A stretch of DNA of 64,000 bases. Source: Lentisphaerae bacterium GWF2_57_35. GTDB taxonomy: Bacteria; Verrucomicrobiota; Kiritimatiellia; CAIQIC01; GWF2-57-35. Location of the stretch: contig MHBK01000045.1 in the NCBI GenBank assembly GCA_001804865.1, positions 43,946-107,945 of the forward strand. Reading direction: 5' to 3'. The notes under the pieces are model-generated. The model searched no databases and was not told the origin of the DNA. It worked only from the letters and a program-made list of their open reading frames with translations. Positions 1-9,240 of this stretch are shown here, in pieces. Numbering within the stretch: the first letter of the stretch is position 1; every line of letters starts with the position of its first letter. The position numbers were made by a program, and so were the translations under genes.

Positions 1-126
1 GCAACATAAAAGGAAAGACGAAGAACTCATTGCCGGGCCGACTACTGCCGCATCCGCGCACCGGAATACGACAAGTGGGTTCTTCGTCAAGGGCGAGAGG
101 CTATCATTGCAGGTAATCCATGCGGC

Positions 127-987
127 CTACTCTATCAGCATGTGATCGTTGTCTATTGTATAACGATCCTGGCTCGAAATGGGATCGGAAAGAGTATAAG
201 GCAGAACGGGATAGCCCCAGGGGCCTTGCGGCGCCGGTTCAGGCACATTATTCGTAAATGCATAGGTTTTCAGATAAAGGGTGAAATCGGTTTGCCCGGG
301 CGAGAACGTCACTTTTCTAATAAAACGCCAGGTTTCGATATTGGAATCCGCGTCGATTGAACTTTTATTGCATTTGATAAATTGCCAGACCGGATAGCCG
401 GTTGAAGTGGGAAGCCCATACGCCAGCACAACGCTTTTAATTTGACTATCTCCCGACGCAAGGGCCGGAAGGGCCGCGCTGCTTTTTTGAGTCAGTATTT
501 GACCTTCCAAGTTCCCCTCTTCAGACAGACCGGCCCACAATAAAGCGATGCCGTCGCCGACTATTCCATTCGGATAGTTGCCGCCAACAGAAAGACCATA
601 GGGCCGTTGGCTCGACAAAGGCTGCTCATACGTTATGGAAAACGTCCCGGTCACTGTATAGGCAATGCGGAAGAAAAACCTGCTGCTTACAGGCAATTCG
701 CCGTAGTACGTCGTATATGGGTGGCAATCGCCGACAGGAGAAAGCTGCAAAAAAGGCAACGCATTTTGAAGAATGGGCGGCATGATAAAAAGCTCTTGAT
801 CGTATTCGGGCATATTCAGTACGCGAGCCATCACCTCCACAACGTCTTTCTGGGGTAAGGCAGACTGATTCGGCATGATTTTTGCGTACACAAGCTTCAC
901 TTCACCCGCAGCAAAAAGGTCGCCGGTTAAAACCGCGAAAAAAAACAGTATGACATTCAATAATGAGTTGTGACGCATTGCTTTCAT
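127..987 (-). CDS. secreted hypothetical protein (signal peptide, no recognisable domain)
   Basis: 286-aa ORF whose N-terminus MKAMRHNSLLNVILFFFAVLTGDLFAAG is a typical signal peptide. Local GC (~48% in a 100-nt sample) is well below the ~60% of neighbouring genes. Confidence 0.5.
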   Translation of the reverse strand: MKAMRHNSLLNVILFFFAVLTGDLFAAGEVKLVYAKIMPNQSALPQKDVVEVMARVLNMPEYDQELFIMPPILQNALPFLQLSPVGDCHPYTTYYGELPVSSRFFFRIAYTVTGTFSITYEQPLSSQRPYGLSVGGNYPNGIVGDGIALLWAGLSEEGNLEGQILTQKSSAALPALASGDSQIKSVVLAYGLPTSTGYPVWQFIKCNKSSIDADSNIETWRFIRKVTFSPGQTDFTLYLKTYAFTNNVPEPAPQGPWGYPVLPYTLSDPISSQDRYTIDNDHMLIE

Positions 988-1223
988 TTTTTCTCCTTGT
1001 AGGGGTTCGAATGAGAACAGTCGCAGCAGAAGAAGATTTCGTCGGAAAAAAACGCGCTAAACCCGTTTTATGTTCCACTGTAAAATTCTTGTATCGCTTA
1101 AAGACGTACGATATCGTTTTATTGACGATTGGCGTTACCTTGGCCGTCGGAGGCAGTTCCTGAACGCATTCTGGCTTGTACGTGCTGTTCAGTAGTTTTT
1201 CGTTACAAGGGGGGATCTATCTC

Positions 1224-4200
1224 ATGGGGCGTTTACTCAACGGAGACATTCTGAATGTGGCCGCATCTTCTTTATGGGCTCTTTGGATGCCTTTTGCCAT
1301 TTGTACCGAAGCCTTTGCCCAATCAGACGCGCTCCTTTTCTCGGAAAACTTCGAATCGGGCGCCCTAATCAGTAATTGGAGCACTTACTCCACCGGCCAA
1401 GGCCAAATCGAACTCTCCACGAATTTCTCTCCCTGCCAAGGGAACCGGCATTTGGCGATGGACGATATGCAGAGCGACGAGATTTTTTCGCTCAACGAGC
1501 TGGTGTTGACACTCGATCTTTCCGGCTCTTCCAATCTCTGGCTCAGCTTCCATTATCGCAACTTGCATGACGAGACCCATGCCATGCCTGAAGTATTTTC
1601 CGGGCACTGCAATGCCGACGGAGCCGCCGCCAGCAGCGATGGAGGCCTGACCTGGCATCGCTTGGCCGATTTCCATCAAACCGGTTCCGATCTTTACCAA
1701 TTCTTCGACCAAAGACTCGACGGATTGCATCCTGACTTGCATCCCGTCGCCAACTTCATGATCAAGTTCCAGCAATATGACGATGCCCCGGCCGATGAAG
1801 ACGGCCTGGCTTTAGACGACATCCGCGTACGAATGGCCCAGCCGCTTCCTGCGGCGGATCTCGCGATGAATTTGCAAGCGTCCGCCGCTTCTGTCGCGGT
1901 CTCCAATTATTTGCATTACACGATTCGGGTCTGGAACAATGGCCCCGCAGACGCCGGCGGCATAACCATTACCAATTCGCTCTCCGAAAATATCGAGTTT
2001 TTAAGCGCCTCCCCGGGCGGCAGCTACCAAGAAGAACTCCATCAGATCGTCTTTCAAATCCCGTCTCTGGCCAAGTTTGCCGCCACGGAGGTTTCGTTTC
2101 TGGTCAGACCTTGGACAAGTGGAACGGCCTTCGTGACCTCCAAGGCGTCCGGCGCGGGAACGGATCTGACGGCGACGAATAATGAGGCCATCGCAATCGT
2201 CAACATCTTCAGCCCAACCGACCCTGCCGTCGACTTAGCCTTGCAGATGACGGTCCTTGAAGAGACGGAAGATAATTTTACGCTGGGTCTGGCGGTTATA
2301 CCCGGCTCATCCGTTACCTGTCAGGTGGCGGTTGTCCGCATGGATGCCGAGGAAACGGTCGCGTCCAATGTCATGCTCCGGCTCCTCCTGCCGCCTGAGT
2401 CCACCGCCCTATCCTATCCGCCGGGAACCAAACTCTGCGGGCGAGAGCTGCTATGCCCCTTGGGCGATTTGGCCAGCCTGAGCTCCACCAATGCCTCCGT
2501 TATCTTCTCCGTCAGCCAAAGAGGATCGAATTTCATAACGGGTTGGGTCTATTGCGACAGTCCGGAGTCCGCTCCCGCGAATAATGGCGGCGCCAACTCG
2601 GTCTTTGTATCGCCTTCCATTCGGTGGGAACAGGTTTTAGGCAGCGTTGTCGATGGGGAGTACTTGTCGGCCGCCTACATTGGAAACGGAGGGAGCGAAT
2701 TCAAGCTTTTGGACTACGATTCCGATGGCGATTTGGATCTCTTCTCGCCTGGCCAGCTATGGGAAAACAAAGGAACTCGCCATGCTCCCATGTGGACAAA
2801 GCCTAAGAACTTTGGGCTGCCTTTCCAAGGAGACTATGGCGATCTGGATGGGGATGGAGAACTGGAAGCCGTTTGGTGCACACATTCATCCTCAGAACCC
2901 TTCACTACTGATTTATGGCTTACCGACTACGTGTTCAGCAATTCAATCCCTACAGGGTCTTCATCCAATCAGCTTGTAGACTCTTTTTTTACTTCCTGTT
3001 GGCGAAATCCCCCTGTTCTGTGCGACATCGACGGCGATGGGCTTCAAGATCTGTTCATTGACGTCAATACCTATACGGAATCCTACGAATACACAAACAG
3101 CATTTGGTTTTACCACAACACGGGCACGGTTCACGAAGCCCAATGGGCGCCGCCGGACACTCAATATTTGGCATCTTGCGAACACGATTACGTGCGGTTA
3201 CAGTTCTGGGATGTCGGCAACGACGGCGATTACGACCTGATGGTTTTACCCATAGACGCGAATGACTACCACACCAACATCTATTTCTACGAAAACATCG
3301 GCTCCAGGACAACGCCCGTCTGGGCAACGCCCACCCAGATGGAGCATGACGTTGGCTGTGAATTTAAATTTTGGGCCATGCCGGCATTCGGCGACATGGA
3401 CGCCGATGGGGACATCGACATGTTTGCCATGCCCGATCTGCATGGCTGGGTCTACGGTTCCGCCCTTGAGTATTATGAGAATCGCGCGACAAACGGCATA
3501 GCGCAATGGGTCAAGACAGGAAAGCGATTATGGTTCGATGTAGGCAACCATTCGGCTCCCGCCCTCGGCGATGTGGATGGAGACGGCGATCTCGATCTTT
3601 TTGTCGGACGCTACGACTGGACCAGTTCTGTGCCTGGAGATCTCTTGTTCTACCGTAATGAGGGAAGCCCTTCCTGTCCGGCGTGGCAGTTCGAACCCGA
3701 AAAAAGCTTCTATCGCCTTGCCGAAGCGTCCTACCCCAAACCGGCCTTCTGCGATATGGACGGCGACGGGCTTCAGGATCTGTTTGTCGGCACGGATAAC
3801 CAGCTATTGTGCTTTAAGAATACCGGCACCGTGCAGGAAGCGTATTGGGCGGCCCCATTTGCCTATGAAAGCTTGGATTGCACTAACGCCCCCAGCCCCG
3901 CCTTCTGCGACATCAATGGCGATGGCTTGCAGGATTTGTTTGTGACAAAAACTACGGTTGTTTCAATGGGGCCTGGCTGGACTCGCTGGGTTGAGTTGCA
4001 GTGCTACATCAATACCGGCACTTTAACAGAAGCCCAGTGGAGGTTCGCTCCGGAAATGTCTTTCTCCGATACCTACTGGTATCTCGACGGCGTCGCTTTT
4101 TCGGATGCCGATGGAGATGGCGACCAAGATATGCTCATTTCCATGGGAATAGCATTTATGGGGTCCCCCAACTCAAGATGCTTGTTCTTGTATGAAAATT

Positions 4201-7200
4201 TAGGATCGCCAACTAATGCAGTTTGGGCAAAGGATATACGGAATAGATTGCTGATATATAACGATAAAGGCGATGGTTTTACGGGCATAAGCATTGGCGA
4301 TCTGGACGCGGACGGCGATCTGGACTGGTTACTGGGCAACTGGGAAGGAGGGCTTCGTTTCTGCCGCAATACAACGCCGAAGCTTCAGATCTCGCCCTCC
4401 GATCGAACGCTGGAACCGGGAGAGGGCTGCGACTTCGACGCGACAGGCGCTTCCGGCCCGTTGGAGTGGTCCTTCATCCGCAGTACCAGCGGCGGCACTC
4501 TTCAGACCAACAGCGGTCTCTACATGGCCGGGCCCACCAATGGACTGGATATGGTCCAAGCTACGGCAACCAACGGATTGATAGGCCGCGCTTTCATCAA
4601 CGTGATGGGCTCCAATACGCTCCAGAGTTCCGACTGCGCCATATTGATCGCCGGACGCAATACAACCTATTCGTTCGATCCGGTGTGGCGGGCCACCGAC
4701 TACCTGGCCAACTCCGCCTATAACACGCTGCGTTACTTCGGTTATTCCAAGGCCTCGATTCGTTATCTAAGCCCAGTGAGCCAGCAAGACGTCGACGGCA
4801 ACGGGCTCTTCGACGATATCGATTTGGAGAGCGCCCTGGCCCATGTTTCGCAGACGTTCACCAACTGGGCCAACGGCAGCTCCAACCTCTTTCTCTACCT
4901 GGTCGATCATGGAGGAGTCGATGAGGGCATTGGCTACATGCGTTTGAGCCCCGAAGAGGTCTTGAGCGCAACCAGCCTGGCCGTCTGGTTGAACGATCTG
5001 CAAAATACGTACGGCACACGCGTGAGCGTGGTGATGGACTTTTGCAATGCCGGCCGTTTCTTGCCTGCGTTGGCCTGGACCGGCTCCGCCTCCCGCGTTG
5101 TCATTGCCGCCTCGGCGGCCCATGAACCAACCTACTTTGTCGCGGGCGGCTTGGTCAGCTTCTCCGAAACCTTCTTCAATGCTTTGTTGCAGGGCCTCAA
5201 CTTGAACAGCGCCTTTCGCCTGGCCCGCGATGCCGTCAGCGGCTATCAACAGGCTTGCCTGGACGATAATGGCGATGGGGTGTTCGACAAGGATGTCGAC
5301 GGCGCGCAAGCGGCCGCTTCTACGCTTAAAACCTCCGCATCCATCCATCGCGACATCCCTCAGATTGCCGACAGTTCTCCCAATCAAGAATTGAACGGTG
5401 CCGCTTCGGTCGCCCTCTGGGTCTCCGGAGTCTCGGGCGCCTATCCCATCGATGCGGTCTGGGCCATGGTCGTACCGCCCGGCTATAACCCCGACCCAAC
5501 CAACCCGATCGTCGACCTGCCCGAAGTGCCGCTCTACTACAACACGCTCTCCAGCCGCTACGAAGTCTGCTATGACGGCTTCAGCCAGCCGGGAACGTAT
5601 CAAGTGATCTACTACGCCCGCGATGTGTTGGGCAGCATGTCCTTGCCCAAGTACGGAAGCCTCCATCAGAACGGCCTCTCGGAGTTGGCCATCCTGGTCG
5701 CCGGCGGCCCCACCAACTCGCCCGGCTGGCCGGCGATCGACGCGGCGAGCCGGTGCGCGTATCACACCCTGTTGGCCCGTCGTTTCAGCGACGAGAGCCT
5801 GTCCTTTCTTAGCGCAGCCCCTTATCGAGACTTCAATGCCGACGGAACCAATGACGTCGACGGCTCTGTTTCAAGGGCCGCCTTGAGCCTCGCGATCACT
5901 AACGGGGCGGCCGGGGCGGACAAGCTGACGGTTTACCTCACCGGCGTAGGAACCAACGGGACGCTCCAAATGGAGGACGCAGAGCATCTGACGTCCGCCG
6001 AACTCGACGGGTGGCTCGATATCTTTCAAACCAACGGCAGCCCCGTCACCGTCGTCATGGATTTTGCCGGATGCGGAAGCTTCGTCACGAACATGAGCGC
6101 CCCGCCAGGCGCCGAACGCATCCTGATAGCCGGCAGCGGTATCGACGAGCCCTCCGTCCACTATGCCGATCTGGGCTTCAGCCAGATTTTCCTAAGCTAT
6201 CTGTTCAACGGCGCAAATATTCGCGATGCCTTCCGGCAGGCCCGCGACGGCCTCTTCAACTTGACGCACGGCTTGCAAGATCCGCTGCTCGACGACAACG
6301 ACAACGGGACGCCCAACGAAAAGACGGAAGGCGAACGGGCTCGAACCCGCTACATCGGCGCGGCCTTCGTCACCGGCGCCGATACGCCCGTCATCGGCTC
6401 GATCACGCCCGACGCCGTGCTGGCCTCCGACAACGAGCTGCTGTTGTGGGCCGACGAAATCGTCGATGCCGACGGCCTTTCCGCCGTCTGGTGCGTCATC
6501 ACCCCGCCCGACTACGAGGGCAACGAAACCCTGATTTCCGTGGATTTGGCCTGGAACGAAACCACCAGCCGCTATGAAGCCGAATACAGCGGTTTCAGTT
6601 CCCCTGGCGTCTACGCGTGCAGCTTCTTTGCCATGGACGCCCTCGGCGAGATCTCCAGCCCACGCCAATGCGAAGTCCTAAGCGCGGATGCCTATGAACC
6701 CGACAACCATCCGGCTCAGGCCGGCTTCTTCGATCGAAGCGGCTACCAGCACCACAATTTCCATCAAGCCTATGACGAAGATTGGGTCTTCTTCTATGCC
6801 CCCACCGGCTATCCTTTCGAGATCCGCACCGTCCAGCTCGGAACCAACGTCGACACGGTTCTGGAACTCTACCGCCAGAACCCCGACCGTTCGCTCACGC
6901 TGATGGCTCAGCGCGACAGCCAGGGCGCCGGACGCGGCCAAGGCGAGTATCTTTTGCTCGAGAGCCCCACCAACGCCTTCTATTATGTGAGGGCGAGTCC
7001 TTACGATCGGCTCGGAGTCGGCTCTCGCTCCGAATACGACCTGCAAATCGGCATCCCCTCCGCCGGCATCGGCCGCAATCTTATCGTCATCGCCGTGGAT
7101 CGAGTCTTCGCCCGCCCCCTGCCATCCGGCGCCTGGGCCCGGCTCGATGAAGCAACCGCTTATTTCGGCGAGTCCATGAGCCTGGAATTTACCGGTCTTT

Positions 7201-8078
7201 CCGCCGGAACGCATGCGTTGGATGTGCCCTCGCCGGACGGCTATCGTCCCATGGAAGATCCCAAGACCCCCGGCCAAGTTCAAAACGCCGCATCCAGTTA
7301 CGGAAATCCCCGCTCGATCCGGATGTCCGTCGATTCGGCCTGGAACTACGCCTGCTTCTGTTTTGAGCCTTATATCCAAATTCAAGGCCTGGTGCGCGAC
7401 GGATGGAGCCGGCAACGTCTTAACGGTTTGCATCTGAGCTTTACTCCGTTGTCCGGACCGCCGGCCGCCTGGCCCGACAACGTGCATGACGGGTACCCCA
7501 ACGAGGCTGACTACAAGAGCCTTTGGATAACCGAAGACGGCCGGTTTCCCACGAATGTCCTGTTGCCTCCAGTCGATTGGTCGCTCTCTTTGCATCTGGA
7601 TGGCTACAGCAATCGTTTGTTCTCAGCCTTAATCACCAACACGGACGCCGGCCGCCTGATCGACTTGGGCGAACTGAGCCTGCCGCCGCTGGACCAAAAT
7701 GCCAATTCCCTGCCGGACCGTTGGGAAGCCATTGCCTTCGGCTCCATGACCAATGCCGCCGCCGACGACGATTCAGATGCCGACGGCATGGACAACTGGA
7801 GCGAATACCTGACCGGCACCGATCCGGACAATGTCGACAGCCTCTTTAAATTCGACCGCCTCGCGTCCACCACCTCCGATTTTCAATGCGTCACCCTATC
7901 CTGGCAGGCAACGCCCGGCCATGCCTATCGGATCATGGGCTCGGACCATCTTGCATCCAACTCCTGGAGTCTTCTGGCCGGCCCCTGGACCAATCAAACC
8001 CAAACCTTCATGTCCTGGTCCGACACCAACGAGCCGGCCGCCTGCCGATCCTTCCGCGTGGAAGAATCAAGACCATAA
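1224..8078 (+). CDS. giant secreted multidomain protein: DUF11 repeat, ~10 FG-GAP/VCBS repeats, two tandem legumain-like (clan CD, C13-like) caspase-fold domains, pre-peptidase C-terminal (PPC) domain, thrombospondin-type-3-like Ca-binding motif plus ~90-aa C-terminal beta domain
   Basis: The ORF 1176-8078 has no stops. ATG at 1224 (MGRLLNG...WMPFAICTEAFAQ, signal peptide) is preceded by AAGGGGGG. One Asp-box (SSDGGLTW). DUF11-like segment (LHYTIRVWNNGPADAGGITITN). Repeated CDIDGDGLQDLF / GDVDGDGDLDLFVG FG-GAP/VCBS motifs. FLYLVDHGGVDEGIGYM ... VSVVMDFCNAGRF matches the legumain His-Gly ... Cys arrangement. A second copy is LTVYLTGVGTNG ... VTVVMDFAGCGSF. The PPC domain is YEPDNHPAQAGF...YDEDWVFFYA...EYLLLESPTNAFYYVRASPYD. 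The C-terminus is DDDSDADGMDNWSEYLTGTDPDNVDS then ...CRSFRVEESRP. Confidence 0.85.
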   Translation: MGRLLNGDILNVAASSLWALWMPFAICTEAFAQSDALLFSENFESGALISNWSTYSTGQGQIELSTNFSPCQGNRHLAMDDMQSDEIFSLNELVLTLDLSGSSNLWLSFHYRNLHDETHAMPEVFSGHCNADGAAASSDGGLTWHRLADFHQTGSDLYQFFDQRLDGLHPDLHPVANFMIKFQQYDDAPADEDGLALDDIRVRMAQPLPAADLAMNLQASAASVAVSNYLHYTIRVWNNGPADAGGITITNSLSENIEFLSASPGGSYQEELHQIVFQIPSLAKFAATEVSFLVRPWTSGTAFVTSKASGAGTDLTATNNEAIAIVNIFSPTDPAVDLALQMTVLEETEDNFTLGLAVIPGSSVTCQVAVVRMDAEETVASNVMLRLLLPPESTALSYPPGTKLCGRELLCPLGDLASLSSTNASVIFSVSQRGSNFITGWVYCDSPESAPANNGGANSVFVSPSIRWEQVLGSVVDGEYLSAAYIGNGGSEFKLLDYDSDGDLDLFSPGQLWENKGTRHAPMWTKPKNFGLPFQGDYGDLDGDGELEAVWCTHSSSEPFTTDLWLTDYVFSNSIPTGSSSNQLVDSFFTSCWRNPPVLCDIDGDGLQDLFIDVNTYTESYEYTNSIWFYHNTGTVHEAQWAPPDTQYLASCEHDYVRLQFWDVGNDGDYDLMVLPIDANDYHTNIYFYENIGSRTTPVWATPTQMEHDVGCEFKFWAMPAFGDMDADGDIDMFAMPDLHGWVYGSALEYYENRATNGIAQWVKTGKRLWFDVGNHSAPALGDVDGDGDLDLFVGRYDWTSSVPGDLLFYRNEGSPSCPAWQFEPEKSFYRLAEASYPKPAFCDMDGDGLQDLFVGTDNQLLCFKNTGTVQEAYWAAPFAYESLDCTNAPSPAFCDINGDGLQDLFVTKTTVVSMGPGWTRWVELQCYINTGTLTEAQWRFAPEMSFSDTYWYLDGVAFSDADGDGDQDMLISMGIAFMGSPNSRCLFLYENLGSPTNAVWAKDIRNRLLIYNDKGDGFTGISIGDLDADGDLDWLLGNWEGGLRFCRNTTPKLQISPSDRTLEPGEGCDFDATGASGPLEWSFIRSTSGGTLQTNSGLYMAGPTNGLDMVQATATNGLIGRAFINVMGSNTLQSSDCAILIAGRNTTYSFDPVWRATDYLANSAYNTLRYFGYSKASIRYLSPVSQQDVDGNGLFDDIDLESALAHVSQTFTNWANGSSNLFLYLVDHGGVDEGIGYMRLSPEEVLSATSLAVWLNDLQNTYGTRVSVVMDFCNAGRFLPALAWTGSASRVVIAASAAHEPTYFVAGGLVSFSETFFNALLQGLNLNSAFRLARDAVSGYQQACLDDNGDGVFDKDVDGAQAAASTLKTSASIHRDIPQIADSSPNQELNGAASVALWVSGVSGAYPIDAVWAMVVPPGYNPDPTNPIVDLPEVPLYYNTLSSRYEVCYDGFSQPGTYQVIYYARDVLGSMSLPKYGSLHQNGLSELAILVAGGPTNSPGWPAIDAASRCAYHTLLARRFSDESLSFLSAAPYRDFNADGTNDVDGSVSRAALSLAITNGAAGADKLTVYLTGVGTNGTLQMEDAEHLTSAELDGWLDIFQTNGSPVTVVMDFAGCGSFVTNMSAPPGAERILIAGSGIDEPSVHYADLGFSQIFLSYLFNGANIRDAFRQARDGLFNLTHGLQDPLLDDNDNGTPNEKTEGERARTRYIGAAFVTGADTPVIGSITPDAVLASDNELLLWADEIVDADGLSAVWCVITPPDYEGNETLISVDLAWNETTSRYEAEYSGFSSPGVYACSFFAMDALGEISSPRQCEVLSADAYEPDNHPAQAGFFDRSGYQHHNFHQAYDEDWVFFYAPTGYPFEIRTVQLGTNVDTVLELYRQNPDRSLTLMAQRDSQGAGRGQGEYLLLESPTNAFYYVRASPYDRLGVGSRSEYDLQIGIPSAGIGRNLIVIAVDRVFARPLPSGAWARLDEATAYFGESMSLEFTGLSAGTHALDVPSPDGYRPMEDPKTPGQVQNAASSYGNPRSIRMSVDSAWNYACFCFEPYIQIQGLVRDGWSRQRLNGLHLSFTPLSGPPAAWPDNVHDGYPNEADYKSLWITEDGRFPTNVLLPPVDWSLSLHLDGYSNRLFSALITNTDAGRLIDLGELSLPPLDQNANSLPDRWEAIAFGSMTNAAADDDSDADGMDNWSEYLTGTDPDNVDSLFKFDRLASTTSDFQCVTLSWQATPGHAYRIMGSDHLASNSWSLLAGPWTNQTQTFMSWSDTNEPAACRSFRVEESRP

Positions 8079-8103
8079 AAAAACATTTTAATGGAGAGAA
8101 TAT

Positions 8104-8421
8104 ATGCCCAAGCTCGTCATATCCCTTGGAATCGGAATAGTCGCCGGAATCATCGATGTGATCCCCATGTTCGTTCAAAAACTCGACAAATACTCGATTA
8201 TTTCCGCCTTTATTCACTGGATCGTTTTAGGCTTCGTTATTTCCTATATTCAGATTCCCGTCGCCTCCTGGCTCAAGGGTATTCTTATCGCAGAGATGGC
8301 CGCATTGCCGATTGCCGTGCTGGTACTCAAATCCGACCCACAAAGCGTAATCCCCATACTGCTCATGTCGGCTGTTTTGGGTGCTCTGGTAGGCCTCTTA
8401 ACCGCCAAATTTGCCGCATAA
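8104..8421 (+). CDS. small integral membrane protein (3-4 predicted TM helices)
   Basis: 105-aa highly hydrophobic ORF. GGAGAG Shine-Dalgarno lies 7 nt upstream of the ATG. It sits 25 nt after the giant gene stop and may be co-transcribed. Confidence 0.55.
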   Translation: MPKLVISLGIGIVAGIIDVIPMFVQKLDKYSIISAFIHWIVLGFVISYIQIPVASWLKGILIAEMAALPIAVLVLKSDPQSVIPILLMSAVLGALVGLLTAKFAA

Positions 8422-8513
8422 CACGCGAAGCGGATTCCCGAGGCAGCCTTCTTGCCTTTACCCTCAGAGTGCCTTAGGTTGAAGTAAGATTGCTGACATA
8501 AAGGAAGATAGCC

Positions 8514-9044
8514 ATGAAAACAGCCTTGTTTGTTTTTCTGCTAATTCTGATTTCTGGAATCGCAAGCCTTGGAGAACCGAGCAAGCAGCAGGAGGCCGCC
8601 ACGACGGAAATTCAGGCCATGTTCAGTCAGACTGCCTCGGCTTTCAATCGGCGCGATATGGCCGGCATTGCCCAATGGGCTTCGCCGGATACCGTTATTA
8701 TTCTTTTAAACGGCAAAAAAATGGGCATCCGGGAATGGCAAGCCAAGGTAGATCCCTGGTTAAGAAAAGCCAGGAATTTGCATACTTTTTATAAACTCGA
8801 ATCCGTGGAAGCCGGCGGCCAAAAAGCGGAATGCATCTACACGCAACGCCACGAGTTCGTAATGCCCGATGCACAAGGACGAACTCACACGTATCTGGCC
8901 GAAAGCCGCTGGAAAGCTACAATCGTCAAGTCCGCCGATGGCTGGAAGATCTCACAGACGCAGGAACTGGGAAACCGCACCCTGTCCGACGGCCAACCCA
9001 TTCCGCCCTCTCAAGTGCCCAAGCTGGGCGAATTATTGGATTAA
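8514..9044 (+). CDS. secreted NTF2-like / SnoaL-like (DUF4440-type) protein
   Basis: Signal peptide MKTALFVFLLILISGIASLG. Sequence pattern ...ASAFNRRDMAGIAQWASPDTVIIL...SADGWKISQTQEL is typical of the NTF2-like fold. AAGGAAG SD precedes the ATG. Confidence 0.6.
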   Translation: MKTALFVFLLILISGIASLGEPSKQQEAATTEIQAMFSQTASAFNRRDMAGIAQWASPDTVIILLNGKKMGIREWQAKVDPWLRKARNLHTFYKLESVEAGGQKAECIYTQRHEFVMPDAQGRTHTYLAESRWKATIVKSADGWKISQTQELGNRTLSDGQPIPPSQVPKLGELLD

Positions 9045-9240
9045 GCGAACCTTATCTTTTTGGGTATGATAGACAGCACATGACCAGGACTTGTACGGTG
9101 GAAGGAACGACCAACCTTTCGTCGCCGTGGGTGACCCTGGAGTATCCCGGTGGAACGAACCCCGCCCGCAAATCTCTGGTGGCACGACCCCTCCGCACCG
9201 GCCGCCACGTACTACCGAATCCGCGCGGGAACGGAATTGA

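Noticed and set aside
4767-5765. 332-aa minus-strand ORF. Similar ones lie at 6678-7595, 28207-29688, 30601-31521, 35152-36213 and 36889-38214.
   Set aside because: These are antisense shadow ORFs inside the giant genes. The last two are only useful as markers of the internal duplication.
8091-8477. 128-aa + strand ORF overlapping the small membrane protein gene in another frame
   Set aside because: It is Arg-rich with no SD. The overlapping 8104-8421 frame encodes a coherent 3-4 TM protein with a GGAGAG SD.
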